A DNA stretch of 64,000 bases from an uncultured bacterium (GTDB lineage: Bacteria; Omnitrophota; Omnitrophia; Omnitrophales; Aquincolibacteriaceae), in the NCBI GenBank assembly GCA_964434115.1, contig CAYSSX010000002.1:9680-73679 (forward strand). The letters run 5' to 3'. How positions within the stretch are numbered: position 1 is the stretch's first letter; the number at the start of each line of letters is the position of its first letter. Made by a program: the position numbers and the translations under genes. The notes below the pieces were generated by a model. The model was not told the origin of the DNA, ran no database searches, and saw nothing but the letters and a program-made list of their open reading frames with translations. Shown here one piece after another: positions 39,979 through 48,866 of the stretch.

Positions 39979-40653
39979 GTGCGGGGTCTTTTAAGACCTG
40001 GAAAAACCGAGGGGTGCATTTTGAATACGGGTACCCTTGAGCGTCTTCAAGCCTTTGATCAGGAGGCCAGGTTATCATCCCGGGGCTATCTTGCGGGCGT
40101 TGATGAAGCTGGCCGGGGCCCCCTTGCGGGTCCCGTTGTGGCCGCTGCCGTTATTTTGGTTCGCCCCTTTCCCTTTGCTGAACTCAACGACAGCAAACAA
40201 GTTTCTGCCAAAACCAGAGAATCCTTATTCCGCCGCATTCTAGAAGGCGGTCCCGCGGGGATTGGAACGGCTTCTCCGGAAGAAATAGACCGCTTGAATA
40301 TCTACCAGGCAACCCGCCTGGCCATGCGGCGCGCCGTTTTAAATCTCAGTCCCACGCCGGGATTTCTCCTTATTGATGGCACGATGTCCCTTGATCTCCC
40401 GATTTCCCAGAAAGCCGTTGTTAAAGGCGACACCCGTTCGGCTTCTATCGCCGCGGCATCTATCTTGGCAAAAGTTTACCGCGATGCCCTTATGCGTGAT
40501 CTTGATCAGAAATATCCGGGATATTTTTTTTCCCGGCATAAAGGGTATGGAACCCGGGTGCACATGGAAAGGCTCGGGGCTCTTGGGCCATCGCCCATTC
40601 ACCGTCGTTCCTTTGCGCCTGTGGCCGCATGCTGCGGAGACGCCGCGCCATGA
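39979..40653 (+). CDS. rnhB: Ribonuclease HII
   Basis: GVDEAGRGPLAGPVV catalytic motif. Start codon uncertain (several in-frame TTG/GTG candidates). Confidence 0.8.
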   Translation: MRGLLRPGKTEGCILNTGTLERLQAFDQEARLSSRGYLAGVDEAGRGPLAGPVVAAAVILVRPFPFAELNDSKQVSAKTRESLFRRILEGGPAGIGTASPEEIDRLNIYQATRLAMRRAVLNLSPTPGFLLIDGTMSLDLPISQKAVVKGDTRSASIAAASILAKVYRDALMRDLDQKYPGYFFSRHKGYGTRVHMERLGALGPSPIHRRSFAPVAACCGDAAP

Positions 40654-41048
40654 AGCGATTTGAAATCAAAAACAAAGCGCAGTTTCGGCTTTCACTTGGT
40701 GAAAGAGGGGAAATGGCGGCATGGAATTATTTGATTCAGGCGGGGTACGGGCTTGTTGAAAAAAATTTCCGCTGCCCGCTAGGCGAAGTGGATGTTATTG
40801 CAGAAAGGAACGGCCGGCTTGTTTTTATTGAGGTAAAAACCCGAAGCAGTCATGACTATGGGTGCCCCGAGGAAGCTGTTCACCCCGAAAAGCAAAGAAA
40901 GCTCATCCTGCTTGCACAGGCCTATCTCAAGGCCAGAAAAAAGGAATGCCGTATTTCTTTTGATGTGCTCGCCGTAACGTGGAAACTGCCGGAGCCTCCC
41001 CGGTTTCGTTTGATACAAGATGCCTTTGAGGTTCCCGATAGTTCTTGA
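40650..41048 (+). CDS. yraN: YraN/UPF0102 family putative endonuclease
   Basis: GE(V/I)D..A ... FIEVKTR motif typical of the YraN family. Overlaps the rnhB stop. Confidence 0.7.
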   Translation: MKRFEIKNKAQFRLSLGERGEMAAWNYLIQAGYGLVEKNFRCPLGEVDVIAERNGRLVFIEVKTRSSHDYGCPEEAVHPEKQRKLILLAQAYLKARKKECRISFDVLAVTWKLPEPPRFRLIQDAFEVPDSS

Positions 41049-41139
41049 TTGCAGAAAGGCTCTACGTATAATAGGCAAACTTCGATCAAGAAATATCGGG
41101 ACTAGCCGAAAATAGCGGGTAAGTTAAAAAAAACCTTTC

Positions 41140-42462
41140 ATGAAAAAAACACTCTACTTTCTATTGATAATCACGGCGCTGACGCTCTTCGGAGCGTCGA
41201 AAGCGTCATTTGCCGCGCAGACGACTTACGATCGTTATGCGGCCATTCCGCGCGCCACCCAAGAGAAATCATCTGCCGCCCGCATTTCCACGGAGTTTCT
41301 AACTTATCCTCTTGAACTTATACGCTGGCCAGTAAGCAAATCCCTCTATCTTACCGAGAAGTATCACCTTGATAACAAGACGCAATGGGCGTTGGACAAG
41401 GTCACGGAGCAGGGAATCACGCCGCACCTGGGTCTTTTCAGCCTGACCGGCGGGTCATTTGGGGCCGATATTGATTATGTCCGGCTTTTTCGCCAAAAAA
41501 ACGATTACCCTGACTTGGTCATGAAAAGCTGGTTCGATTTTGCACGCAACCTTCGTTTTGATGTGGGTTCTGAAATTGGCTGGCAGGATCTTGGCGGCTC
41601 CGGTGTCGGAATTTTTGGGTTTGTGGATTACGAAAGCCGTCCCGAAGACGACTTTTATGGTTTGGGACCCGACACGAGCTTTGGCGAAGGAACATCCTAC
41701 AAAATGGAAACCACTACGGTGGGCACTAAAATGACCTATGACCCCCGGCCTACGTTAGGGGCGGATATTCATTTCGATTATAAGAATGTGAATATCACGA
41801 ACGGGGAAGACGGCGGGCGCGGAATTATTGATACGACATTCACACCTGGCAGCATTCCCGGTCTTGCGGGTGATGAACTCTTGGTCGTTGGTACAGAGAT
41901 TCACCATGACACCCGGAATCAGAGAGAGCTTTCGACTAGCGGGGGGCTTCGCCGCATCGGGTTAGATTTTAATGAAGGTCTCGGAAGTTCCAGCGCGCGG
42001 TTTCTGAAGTATCAAGGAGAATTGAGTCAGTATTTTACCGTGGGTTCTCAGAGGCGTGTTTTGGCCTACCATGCGTATGGCGAATATAACGATGAGCTTG
42101 ATCATCATGAAGTTCCCTTTCATCAGATGCCGAGGCTTGGCGGATACGGGCTTAACCCGTACCTGAGCCGAACCCTTCGCGGGTATGCAGAAAACCGTTT
42201 TACTGACAACAGCGCGATTGTCCTTAATGTGGAATACCGTTACGCCATCTGGGAGAGCCGGAATTTTCGTTTGGATACAGTAGCGTTTACAGACGTTGGA
42301 CAGGTTTTCAACAAGTTTAGTAAATTCCAGTTCGGAGATTTTCGCGAAGGCTATGGCGGAGGTTTTCGTTTTAGCGTTGCCAATCACATGCTCTTTGGGG
42401 TAGAGGTTGCCCACGGAGATGAAGGAACTAATTTCTATGTCCGGTCAAATACACCTTTTTAA
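41140..42462 (+). CDS. Omp85-family (BamA/TamA/TpsB-like) outer-membrane beta-barrel protein
   Basis: Signal peptide. Conserved loop-6 LRGY motif (SRTLRGYAENRF). C-terminal ..YVRSNTPF aromatic terminus. 440 aa (short N-terminal periplasmic part). Confidence 0.55.
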   Translation: MKKTLYFLLIITALTLFGASKASFAAQTTYDRYAAIPRATQEKSSAARISTEFLTYPLELIRWPVSKSLYLTEKYHLDNKTQWALDKVTEQGITPHLGLFSLTGGSFGADIDYVRLFRQKNDYPDLVMKSWFDFARNLRFDVGSEIGWQDLGGSGVGIFGFVDYESRPEDDFYGLGPDTSFGEGTSYKMETTTVGTKMTYDPRPTLGADIHFDYKNVNITNGEDGGRGIIDTTFTPGSIPGLAGDELLVVGTEIHHDTRNQRELSTSGGLRRIGLDFNEGLGSSSARFLKYQGELSQYFTVGSQRRVLAYHAYGEYNDELDHHEVPFHQMPRLGGYGLNPYLSRTLRGYAENRFTDNSAIVLNVEYRYAIWESRNFRLDTVAFTDVGQVFNKFSKFQFGDFREGYGGGFRFSVANHMLFGVEVAHGDEGTNFYVRSNTPF

Positions 42463-44077
42463 AAAAATCCTGTTTCTTCTAGCAGGGGCAGCCCTCTTTA
42501 CGCTGCTTCCGGGCTCAAGCTATGCCCTTGAGGTCAAAGCCCAGGAAACATCTTTTTATAAAGATGTTTTTGAGCAGAATGTGTATTACGAAGGAACTTC
42601 CTACCTGCGTCTTGACCGCTTGTACCAAGCCCTTTTCAAGAAACAGGTTCAGGCCGGTGACGTCAATATTTATGATGAAGTTCCCGATTCAGAATTTTTT
42701 GTTAACCGGCATGCCCGTAAAGCGCTTTCCATTGATGAATTGAAAAAAGGTTTTCAGGAGAGCGATGGACCGGATGCTTCCGGAAACCTGAAGGTTGTAA
42801 GCGGGATCTTTGAAGGCCTGCATCCGAACTTTCTGGTCGAAGATGTAAAAGGTAACCATTACAATCTTAAATTTGATCCTTCCGACAATTTTGAACTTGC
42901 AACCTCCGCTGAGGTCATCGGCAGCCGCTTTTATTACGCGATCGGCTACAACGTTCCACAGGTCACGATCACTTCGTTTGCTTCCGGTCAGCTTGTGCCG
43001 GCCGAAGGTGCCAAAATCATTGATGATAGCGGTTTCAATAAAGCGCTAAGCGCTGAGAAGCTTGAGGAATACCTTTTGTTTCTTCCTGCAGATGCAAACG
43101 GCAGTTATCGTGCGTCTGCAACCAAGACTCTCATGGGAAATGATAAGGGATCGCTGCAGTTTTTAGGGAAGCGCCGCGGGGATTCTAACGACAACGTCTC
43201 TCACCAAAACAGACGCTCGTTGCGGGCCCTTCAGATTTTTTCTTCCTGGCTTAATAACACAGATGTTCGCCCGGGTACGACAGCGGATATTCTTGTAACG
43301 GAAAACGGGCAAGAGGTTTTAAAACACTACCTTGTAGGGTTCTCTTCTACGCTTGGATCCACGCCGAAGGGTGCAAAGCCGCCTATGCATGGCCATGAAT
43401 ACCTTTTTGATTTCGGCGAAGCAGCGAAGGCCTTTTTTACTTTAGGATTTTGGGAAAAGCCGTGGCAGAAAAGATGGCGCGAAGCAGGGGAAAAGGTTTC
43501 AGCCGCTCCCGCAATCGGTTATTTTGATAATCGGTATTTTGATCCCTCGGCTTTTAAGACGCAGCTTCCTGGCTACGCCTTTAAAGACGTGACACGGGCT
43601 GATGGTTTCTGGGCCGCTAAAATTATAAAATCATTCAAAGATGAAGAGATCAAAGCGCTTGTTGCCGCGGGACAGTTAAGCAACCAAGAGGATGCCGAGA
43701 GTCTCGCTCAGATTTTAATTGAACGCCGAGATATTATTGCCCGCTACTGGTATCGGGTTTCGAATGCACTTGATGAGTTCGAATTTTCAGGCAGCACACT
43801 GAGTTTTAAAGATCTTGCGGTCGAGGCCTCATTTGTTCCTGCCTCCGGAAACAATTATCATTTTGAAGTGATAGCGCCACAGGGGAACAAAGGAACCCGT
43901 CTCGCTTCTCTCGATTCCGATAAGCCCTCGCTGGCGATTGACGCATCCTGGTTTTCCAACAGCGGAAAAGTAAATGTATTTATCCGGACCTCCCGGCCCG
44001 GGTCAAGTGATCCAACCCCCTATGTTCTCGTGAATCTGGATGCCGAAAAAATTCTTGGCATCATGCACGAAGATTAA
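42437..44077 (+). CDS. Secreted hypothetical protein with protein-kinase-like motifs
   Basis: Signal peptide ..LLPGSSYA/LEV. Internal NNTDVRPGTTADIL followed by LFDFGEA (DFG-like) and an upstream YNLKF. Overlaps the Omp85-like gene by 26 nt. Confidence 0.45.
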   Translation: MSGQIHLFKKILFLLAGAALFTLLPGSSYALEVKAQETSFYKDVFEQNVYYEGTSYLRLDRLYQALFKKQVQAGDVNIYDEVPDSEFFVNRHARKALSIDELKKGFQESDGPDASGNLKVVSGIFEGLHPNFLVEDVKGNHYNLKFDPSDNFELATSAEVIGSRFYYAIGYNVPQVTITSFASGQLVPAEGAKIIDDSGFNKALSAEKLEEYLLFLPADANGSYRASATKTLMGNDKGSLQFLGKRRGDSNDNVSHQNRRSLRALQIFSSWLNNTDVRPGTTADILVTENGQEVLKHYLVGFSSTLGSTPKGAKPPMHGHEYLFDFGEAAKAFFTLGFWEKPWQKRWREAGEKVSAAPAIGYFDNRYFDPSAFKTQLPGYAFKDVTRADGFWAAKIIKSFKDEEIKALVAAGQLSNQEDAESLAQILIERRDIIARYWYRVSNALDEFEFSGSTLSFKDLAVEASFVPASGNNYHFEVIAPQGNKGTRLASLDSDKPSLAIDASWFSNSGKVNVFIRTSRPGSSDPTPYVLVNLDAEKILGIMHED

Positions 44078-44124
44078 GCAAGTTACGCCTCAGTATTTAT
44101 CCGACATCTTCAGGAGACAATGCC

Positions 44125-44616
44125 GTGCGCTTTCCTGAACCGCTTATTCAATCCGTGATCCAGCATGCTGAAAGCGAATACCCCAAAGAATGCTGCGGCT
44201 TTTTGCTTGGGACTTCCCGGGATGCGGCTCTCTTGACCGCGGTTGTGCCCTGCCGAAACATTCAAGATCAGCTTCACGCGGAAGATTCCCTTCGATATCC
44301 GAGAAGGGCTAGGAGCGCTTATTTCATAGCACCTGAAGATCTATTGAGCGTCGAAAGACGAACTCGTTCAGGGGATGAGCAGATTCGAGGTATTTACCAC
44401 TCCCACATTGATGCCGGGGCCTATTTTTCTGATGAGGATAAAAAGATGGCGGTGTTTGAGGGAGAGCCTGTTTACCCTGGAGTTTTTCAAGCTGTTGTTT
44501 CTGTTCTTCAGGGAAAAGCAGCCCAGGTTAAGGTTTTTCTTTGGAATTCTTCCAAAGGGGAATTTGGGGAAACGCTCACAATCGACCTGCCTTTAAAGGG
44601 ACCATCCCCGGTCTAA
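44125..44616 (+). CDS. JAB/MPN(+) (JAMM) metalloprotease domain protein
   Basis: ECCGFLLG and HSHIDAGAYFSDED (HxH..S..D JAMM motif). GTG start. Confidence 0.7.
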   Translation: MRFPEPLIQSVIQHAESEYPKECCGFLLGTSRDAALLTAVVPCRNIQDQLHAEDSLRYPRRARSAYFIAPEDLLSVERRTRSGDEQIRGIYHSHIDAGAYFSDEDKKMAVFEGEPVYPGVFQAVVSVLQGKAAQVKVFLWNSSKGEFGETLTIDLPLKGPSPV

Positions 44617-46143
44617 AGATCGATACTGAATGGCCTCTGCAATATGCGCTGCTTTGATGTCTGAAGACACTGCAAGATCCGCAATGGTTCTCGCAATTTT
44701 TAGAATTTTATAATAAGCCCTCGCCGAAAGATGTAGTTCCTTCATTGCGCTTTCTAGAAGCTTTTTGCCCTCGGAATCCGGATACGCAAATTGTTTTATT
44801 TCCTTGGGCCGCATGTAGGCATTCAATTGAAAAACACGATTGGGATAACGGGACATTTGGATTCCACGGCAAATGCGAACACGGTTTCGTATGGACTCGG
44901 AACTCTCCGCTTTTTCTTCACTTGTGAGTACCTGATAAGACAAAGCCGGAACTTCTATGTGGAGGTCAATGCGGTCTAAAAGAGGTCCGGAAATCCGGGC
45001 TTGATATTTCCGGACTTGTCCAAGCGAGCAGCGGCACGGTTTCCGCGGATCAGAAAGAAAACCGCAGGGGCAGGGGTTCATCGCCGCGACCAGCATGAAT
45101 CGCGATGGGTAAGTAACCTGATTTTTTGCCCGAGAAATGGTAACACTCCCTTCCTCGAGGGGAGCGCGCAGAGTCTCAATAACGTCTCTTTTAAATTCCG
45201 GGAGTTCATCGAGAAAGAGAACGCCTGCATGCGCCAAAGAGATCTCTCCGGGTTTTGGCCAACTGCCGCCTCCGGCCATAGCAATTGCCGAAATGGAATG
45301 ATGGGGATCCCTGAAGGGGTGCGTTTGGATAAGTCGATGCGAATCCAGGATGAGTCCGGATACGCTGTGGATTTTTGTGATTTCAAGAGACTGTTCAAAG
45401 CTCAAGGGGGGTAAAATTCCCGGAATTCTACGAGCAATCATCGTCTTTCCTGATCCCGGAGAACCTATAAAAAGGAGATTGTGCCCTCCGGCCGCGGCAA
45501 TTTCAGCGGCCCGCCGGGCAAGGTATTGACCCTTGATGTCTGAAAAATCAGGATGGGAGTCATGTGTAACGGGTGAAGCCAGCATGGAATAAGAGCCGAT
45601 CGCTGGAGAGATTACTTTTTCGCCTTTTAAAAATTCGACAACCTCCCGGAGATTGTTTGCGGGGTAGACTCGAGCCCTTTTTTCGAGGGCCGCTTCTGCC
45701 GCATTTTCGGCGGGGATCACGAAATTTCGATTTTCATGCAAAGCTTCCGAAATTACGAGGGCACCCTTAAACGGACGCAAAGTTCCATCGAGAGCAAGTT
45801 CCCCCAGGAAGGTGTAGTCCTTAAGCCTATCTGCCGGGATTTCTTCACAAGCTGCGAGAATTCCCAAGGCCATAGGAAGATCAAATGCCGGCCCTTCCTT
45901 CTTGAGGTCTGCCGGAGCCATATTGATGGTGATTTTGTCAGGAGGAAACCGGTATCCTGAATTTTTAATGGCGGAACGGACCCGCTCTCTTGATTCCTTG
46001 ACGGTTGTATCCGGAAGTCCCACAACAATAAGCTGAGGCAGACCTGCTGCGACGTCCACTTCTACCTGAACCGGATGAGCCTGGATGCCCAAGCATGCTG
46101 CGGTTTGGATTTTTGCGATCAAGAAAACCCCCTTGCATTTCAA
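44593..46143 (-). CDS. comM: YifB/ComM-family Mg-chelatase-like AAA+ ATPase
   Basis: Lon-like N-terminal domain, Walker A GSPGSGKT, Walker B LFLDELPEF, CxxC zinc motif (CPCGFL..CRC). Confidence 0.85.
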   Translation of the reverse strand: MKCKGVFLIAKIQTAACLGIQAHPVQVEVDVAAGLPQLIVVGLPDTTVKESRERVRSAIKNSGYRFPPDKITINMAPADLKKEGPAFDLPMALGILAACEEIPADRLKDYTFLGELALDGTLRPFKGALVISEALHENRNFVIPAENAAEAALEKRARVYPANNLREVVEFLKGEKVISPAIGSYSMLASPVTHDSHPDFSDIKGQYLARRAAEIAAAGGHNLLFIGSPGSGKTMIARRIPGILPPLSFEQSLEITKIHSVSGLILDSHRLIQTHPFRDPHHSISAIAMAGGGSWPKPGEISLAHAGVLFLDELPEFKRDVIETLRAPLEEGSVTISRAKNQVTYPSRFMLVAAMNPCPCGFLSDPRKPCRCSLGQVRKYQARISGPLLDRIDLHIEVPALSYQVLTSEEKAESSESIRNRVRICRGIQMSRYPNRVFQLNAYMRPKEIKQFAYPDSEGKKLLESAMKELHLSARAYYKILKIARTIADLAVSSDIKAAHIAEAIQYRSLDRGWSL

Positions 46144-46187
46144 GAATCCCTACCTATAATAAACAAATCAAAAGGCGAGGCAGGAAC

Positions 46188-46208
46188 TTTATTCATTTTA
46201 TGAATAAA
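46188..46208. promoter_or_regulatory. Perfect 9-3-9 inverted repeat TTTATTCAT-ttt-ATGAATAAA in the AT-rich divergent region
   Basis: Seen directly. Flanked by TATAAT hexamers at 46155-46160 and 46214-46219, between divergent comM and PAP2 genes. Confidence 0.3.
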
Positions 46209-46272
46209 TTATTTATAATTAAATCATATTTCCTGATTCGAGTCAATCTCTCTTCAAATAATTCCTTTTAAC

Positions 46273-46728
46273 GTGACCCCAATCGATTCCCCCTTCTCAC
46301 CCATAAGAGCTTTCTGGGCAGTGTTCCTAAGCTGGGCTCTGTCTCAGCTGACCAAGGTCATTCGCGGCATGATTCGGGAGAGGCGCTTCAACTTCAGATG
46401 GATTTTTGACACAGGCGGCATGCCAAGCTCCCACTCGGCATCGGTTGCCAGCCTGGCAACGACCATAGGCCTTTATTATGGTTTCGTATCGATGCCGTTC
46501 CTCATGGCCCTGCTTTTCACAATTATTACGATGTTCGATGCTGCGGGCGTCCGGCGCAGCGCAGGCCGGCAAGCGCAGGTGCTTAATAAGATGCTGGATG
46601 AGCTTTATCAAAAAGGGCAGTTTGCGGAAGAGAGAGTGAAGGAACTTCTCGGCCATACGCCGAAGGAGGTATTTGCAGGAGCTTTTCTCGGGATTCTTAT
46701 CGCGCTTTTGCTGTGCGGAAAAACTTAA
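46273..46728 (+). CDS. Divergent PAP2-superfamily membrane protein (DUF212-like)
   Basis: GGMPSSHSA motif typical of the divergent PAP2 / acid phosphatase-vanadium haloperoxidase-related family. GTG start. Confidence 0.65.
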   Translation: MTPIDSPFSPIRAFWAVFLSWALSQLTKVIRGMIRERRFNFRWIFDTGGMPSSHSASVASLATTIGLYYGFVSMPFLMALLFTIITMFDAAGVRRSAGRQAQVLNKMLDELYQKGQFAEERVKELLGHTPKEVFAGAFLGILIALLLCGKT

Positions 46729-47510
46729 TGCGGCCAGGTGTTCTGTTTTTGGTTCTGACACTTATAACTTCAGGTGTAGGACTGGAAAAAAAGGTTGAAG
46801 CGGCGCAGAACCAGCATGCACTAGTGGCCCGGGCGAAAGAGTATGAGAGTCAAGGTAAGCTGCTGCAGGCGCGTCAAATTTATGAAAAAATTTTGACCCG
46901 AAGCGAGCTTCCCCCCGGCCTTCGCGAAGCAACCCGTAAAAAGTATGAGCAGGTGAGCATTAAATTAATACAGTCGAAACTGGAAATGCCCGAAAGTGAT
47001 TTTTATACTGTTAAAGCGGGAGATAGTCTTTATAAAATTGCAAAGAAGTACGACACCACAATCGCGCTTATTAAAAAGAGCAATGGCCTTAAAGCCGATA
47101 CCATCGTTCCGGGAGCTAAACTGAAAGTCTTGACGGCGCCATTTTCGGTCCGTGTCGATAAGTCGAAAAACGAATTAATGCTCGATCTCGGCGGAAGGCC
47201 GTTAAAAAAATACCGTGTTTCGACAGGAAAGAATAACTCGACTCCGGTAGGCAAGTTTAAGATCACGGTGAAACTGGAAAACCCCACTTGGTATTATGCG
47301 GATGCGGTTGTTCCGCCCGGGAGTCCTGATAATTATCTGGGAACAAGGTGGCTCGGGTTTGATATTGAGGGGTATGGCATTCACGGAACCACATTTCCTG
47401 AATCGATTGGAAAACAGGAAAGTTTAGGGTGTGTCCGGATGCTGAACAAGGATGTCGAAGAGCTTTATGAGCTTGTTCCTGAAGGAACAAGGGTGATGAT
47501 TCAAGACTGA
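46728..47510 (+). CDS. L,D-transpeptidase (YkuD domain) with LysM domain
   Basis: LysM (YTVKAGDSLYKIAKKY). Catalytic HGT...GCVRM motif. Signal peptide. TAATG overlap with the upstream gene. Confidence 0.8.
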   Translation: MRPGVLFLVLTLITSGVGLEKKVEAAQNQHALVARAKEYESQGKLLQARQIYEKILTRSELPPGLREATRKKYEQVSIKLIQSKLEMPESDFYTVKAGDSLYKIAKKYDTTIALIKKSNGLKADTIVPGAKLKVLTAPFSVRVDKSKNELMLDLGGRPLKKYRVSTGKNNSTPVGKFKITVKLENPTWYYADAVVPPGSPDNYLGTRWLGFDIEGYGIHGTTFPESIGKQESLGCVRMLNKDVEELYELVPEGTRVMIQD

Positions 47511-47547
47511 AAATTAGCCGGCATGGCCCAAAAAGGATGAATCTCCT

Positions 47548-48585
47548 ATGAGCAAAAAGAAAAAAAAGATTGAGAGTGATGAGGTGGTTTTGGAAGTAAA
47601 AAAGCCCAAAACGCTTGGGACGCGCAACTTGGCAGAGGCCTGTCTTTCCTTTGAGCGTCCGGTGATCGAACTGGAAAGGAAAATCGGAGAGCTTCGTGCT
47701 TCTGCCGCCCAGGGCATTGACCTTTCAGGCGAGATTAGCAGCGCTGAAAAGAAAATGGAAAAGGCCCTTAAAGATATCTTTGACAATCTTACTCCCTGGC
47801 AGCGTGTTCAAGTCGCCCGCCATCCGCTTCGTCCGTACACCATGGATTACATCCAGTATCTTACCCGGGATTTTATCGAACTCCATGGCGATAGGCATTT
47901 TAGCGACGATAGGGCCATTGTTGCGGGATTTGCAAAATGGGCTGGAGAATCGGTTTGTATTATTGGCCATCAAAAAGGACGCGACACAAAAGAAAATCTT
48001 TTGCGTAGTTTCGGGAGCGCTCATCCCGAGGGCTACCGAAAGGCCATGCGGATTATGAAACTGGCAGAGAAATTCGGCTTGCCCATTATCTGTTTCGTCG
48101 ACACCCCGGGGGCTTATCCTGGCGTTGGAGCAGAAGAAAGGGGGCAAGCTGAAGCGATTGCCTTTAATCTTCGTGAAATGGGAGAGCTGACGGTTCCTAT
48201 TGTTGTGATTGTTATCGGAGAAGGCGGCAGCGGCGGTGCCCTTGGTATTGGGGTCGGGGACCGCGTTTTTGTTCTCGAAAACGCCTATTATTCCGTGATT
48301 TCTCCGGAGGGATGTGCCGCAATTTTGTGGAAAGATTCGGCCCGCTCCGAAGATGCCGCAAAAGCCTTAAAGCTAACAGCCCGGGATCTTATTGAGCTTG
48401 GTGTTATTGATGATATGGTTCCTGAGCCGCTCGGGGGCGCTCACCGTGACTTTGAGACCACGGCTGAGAACATACGCAGGGCTGTTGATAAGGCCCTCAA
48501 AGAGCTGAAAGAAATACCACGCAAAGAGCTGCCTAATCAGCGCTATGATAAATTCCGAAAAATGGGAATTTTCGCTTCCAAGTAG
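47548..48585 (+). CDS. accA: Acetyl-CoA carboxylase carboxyltransferase alpha subunit
   Basis: AccA motifs (FVDTPGAYPGVGAEERGQAEAIA, IGEGGSGGALG). Confidence 0.9.
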   Translation: MSKKKKKIESDEVVLEVKKPKTLGTRNLAEACLSFERPVIELERKIGELRASAAQGIDLSGEISSAEKKMEKALKDIFDNLTPWQRVQVARHPLRPYTMDYIQYLTRDFIELHGDRHFSDDRAIVAGFAKWAGESVCIIGHQKGRDTKENLLRSFGSAHPEGYRKAMRIMKLAEKFGLPIICFVDTPGAYPGVGAEERGQAEAIAFNLREMGELTVPIVVIVIGEGGSGGALGIGVGDRVFVLENAYYSVISPEGCAAILWKDSARSEDAAKALKLTARDLIELGVIDDMVPEPLGGAHRDFETTAENIRRAVDKALKELKEIPRKELPNQRYDKFRKMGIFASK

Positions 48586-48621
48586 ACCCGCTCTTAAGAT
48601 GTTTCTGCCATAAGCTGAAAA

Positions 48622-48648
48622 GGGCGCCTAACCGGCGCTCTTTTTTTA
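48622..48648 (+). terminator. Rho-independent terminator after accA
   Basis: GGGCGCC-taacc-GGCGC hairpin followed by TCTTTTTTTA. Confidence 0.5.
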
Positions 48649-48787
48649 TCCCGCCTCAAATAAGAGTACTCAAAAGCACAAAGAATCGACTTTTCCCCGC
48701 CGACCTTTAGAAATAATTCGAATTAAAACTACAACATATAGTGTCCCTGTCTATAAACGCATACTATTGATCAAGGATGCTAAAAAT

Positions 48788-48866
48788 AGTTGTAAAAAAA
48801 ACTTGACCAATGGCGATCATATTTTATAGATTGTAATTTACAAAATGTAAACTACGTATTGTAAAT
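48788..48866 (+). promoter_or_regulatory. Promoter (TTGACC-16/17-TATAGAT) plus cluster of TTGTAA/TTTACA palindromic operators in front of the lipoprotein-merR-fliA operon
   Basis: TTGACC 48803-48808. Palindromes TTGTAAtTTACAA (48831-48843) and TTTACAaaaTGTAAA (48837-48851). Further TTGTAAA copies at 48790 and 48859. Candidate sigma-28-like TAAA-N15-GGCGATCA at 48793-48819. Confidence 0.4.

Noticed and set aside
48831-48851. TTGTAA/TTTACA palindromes interpreted as a BirA (bio operator) site
   Set aside because: Half-sites resemble BirA boxes, but the biotin operon (8506..15730) has no such site and spacing differs from 12-N14/16-12 BirA operators. Kept only as a generic operator candidate.
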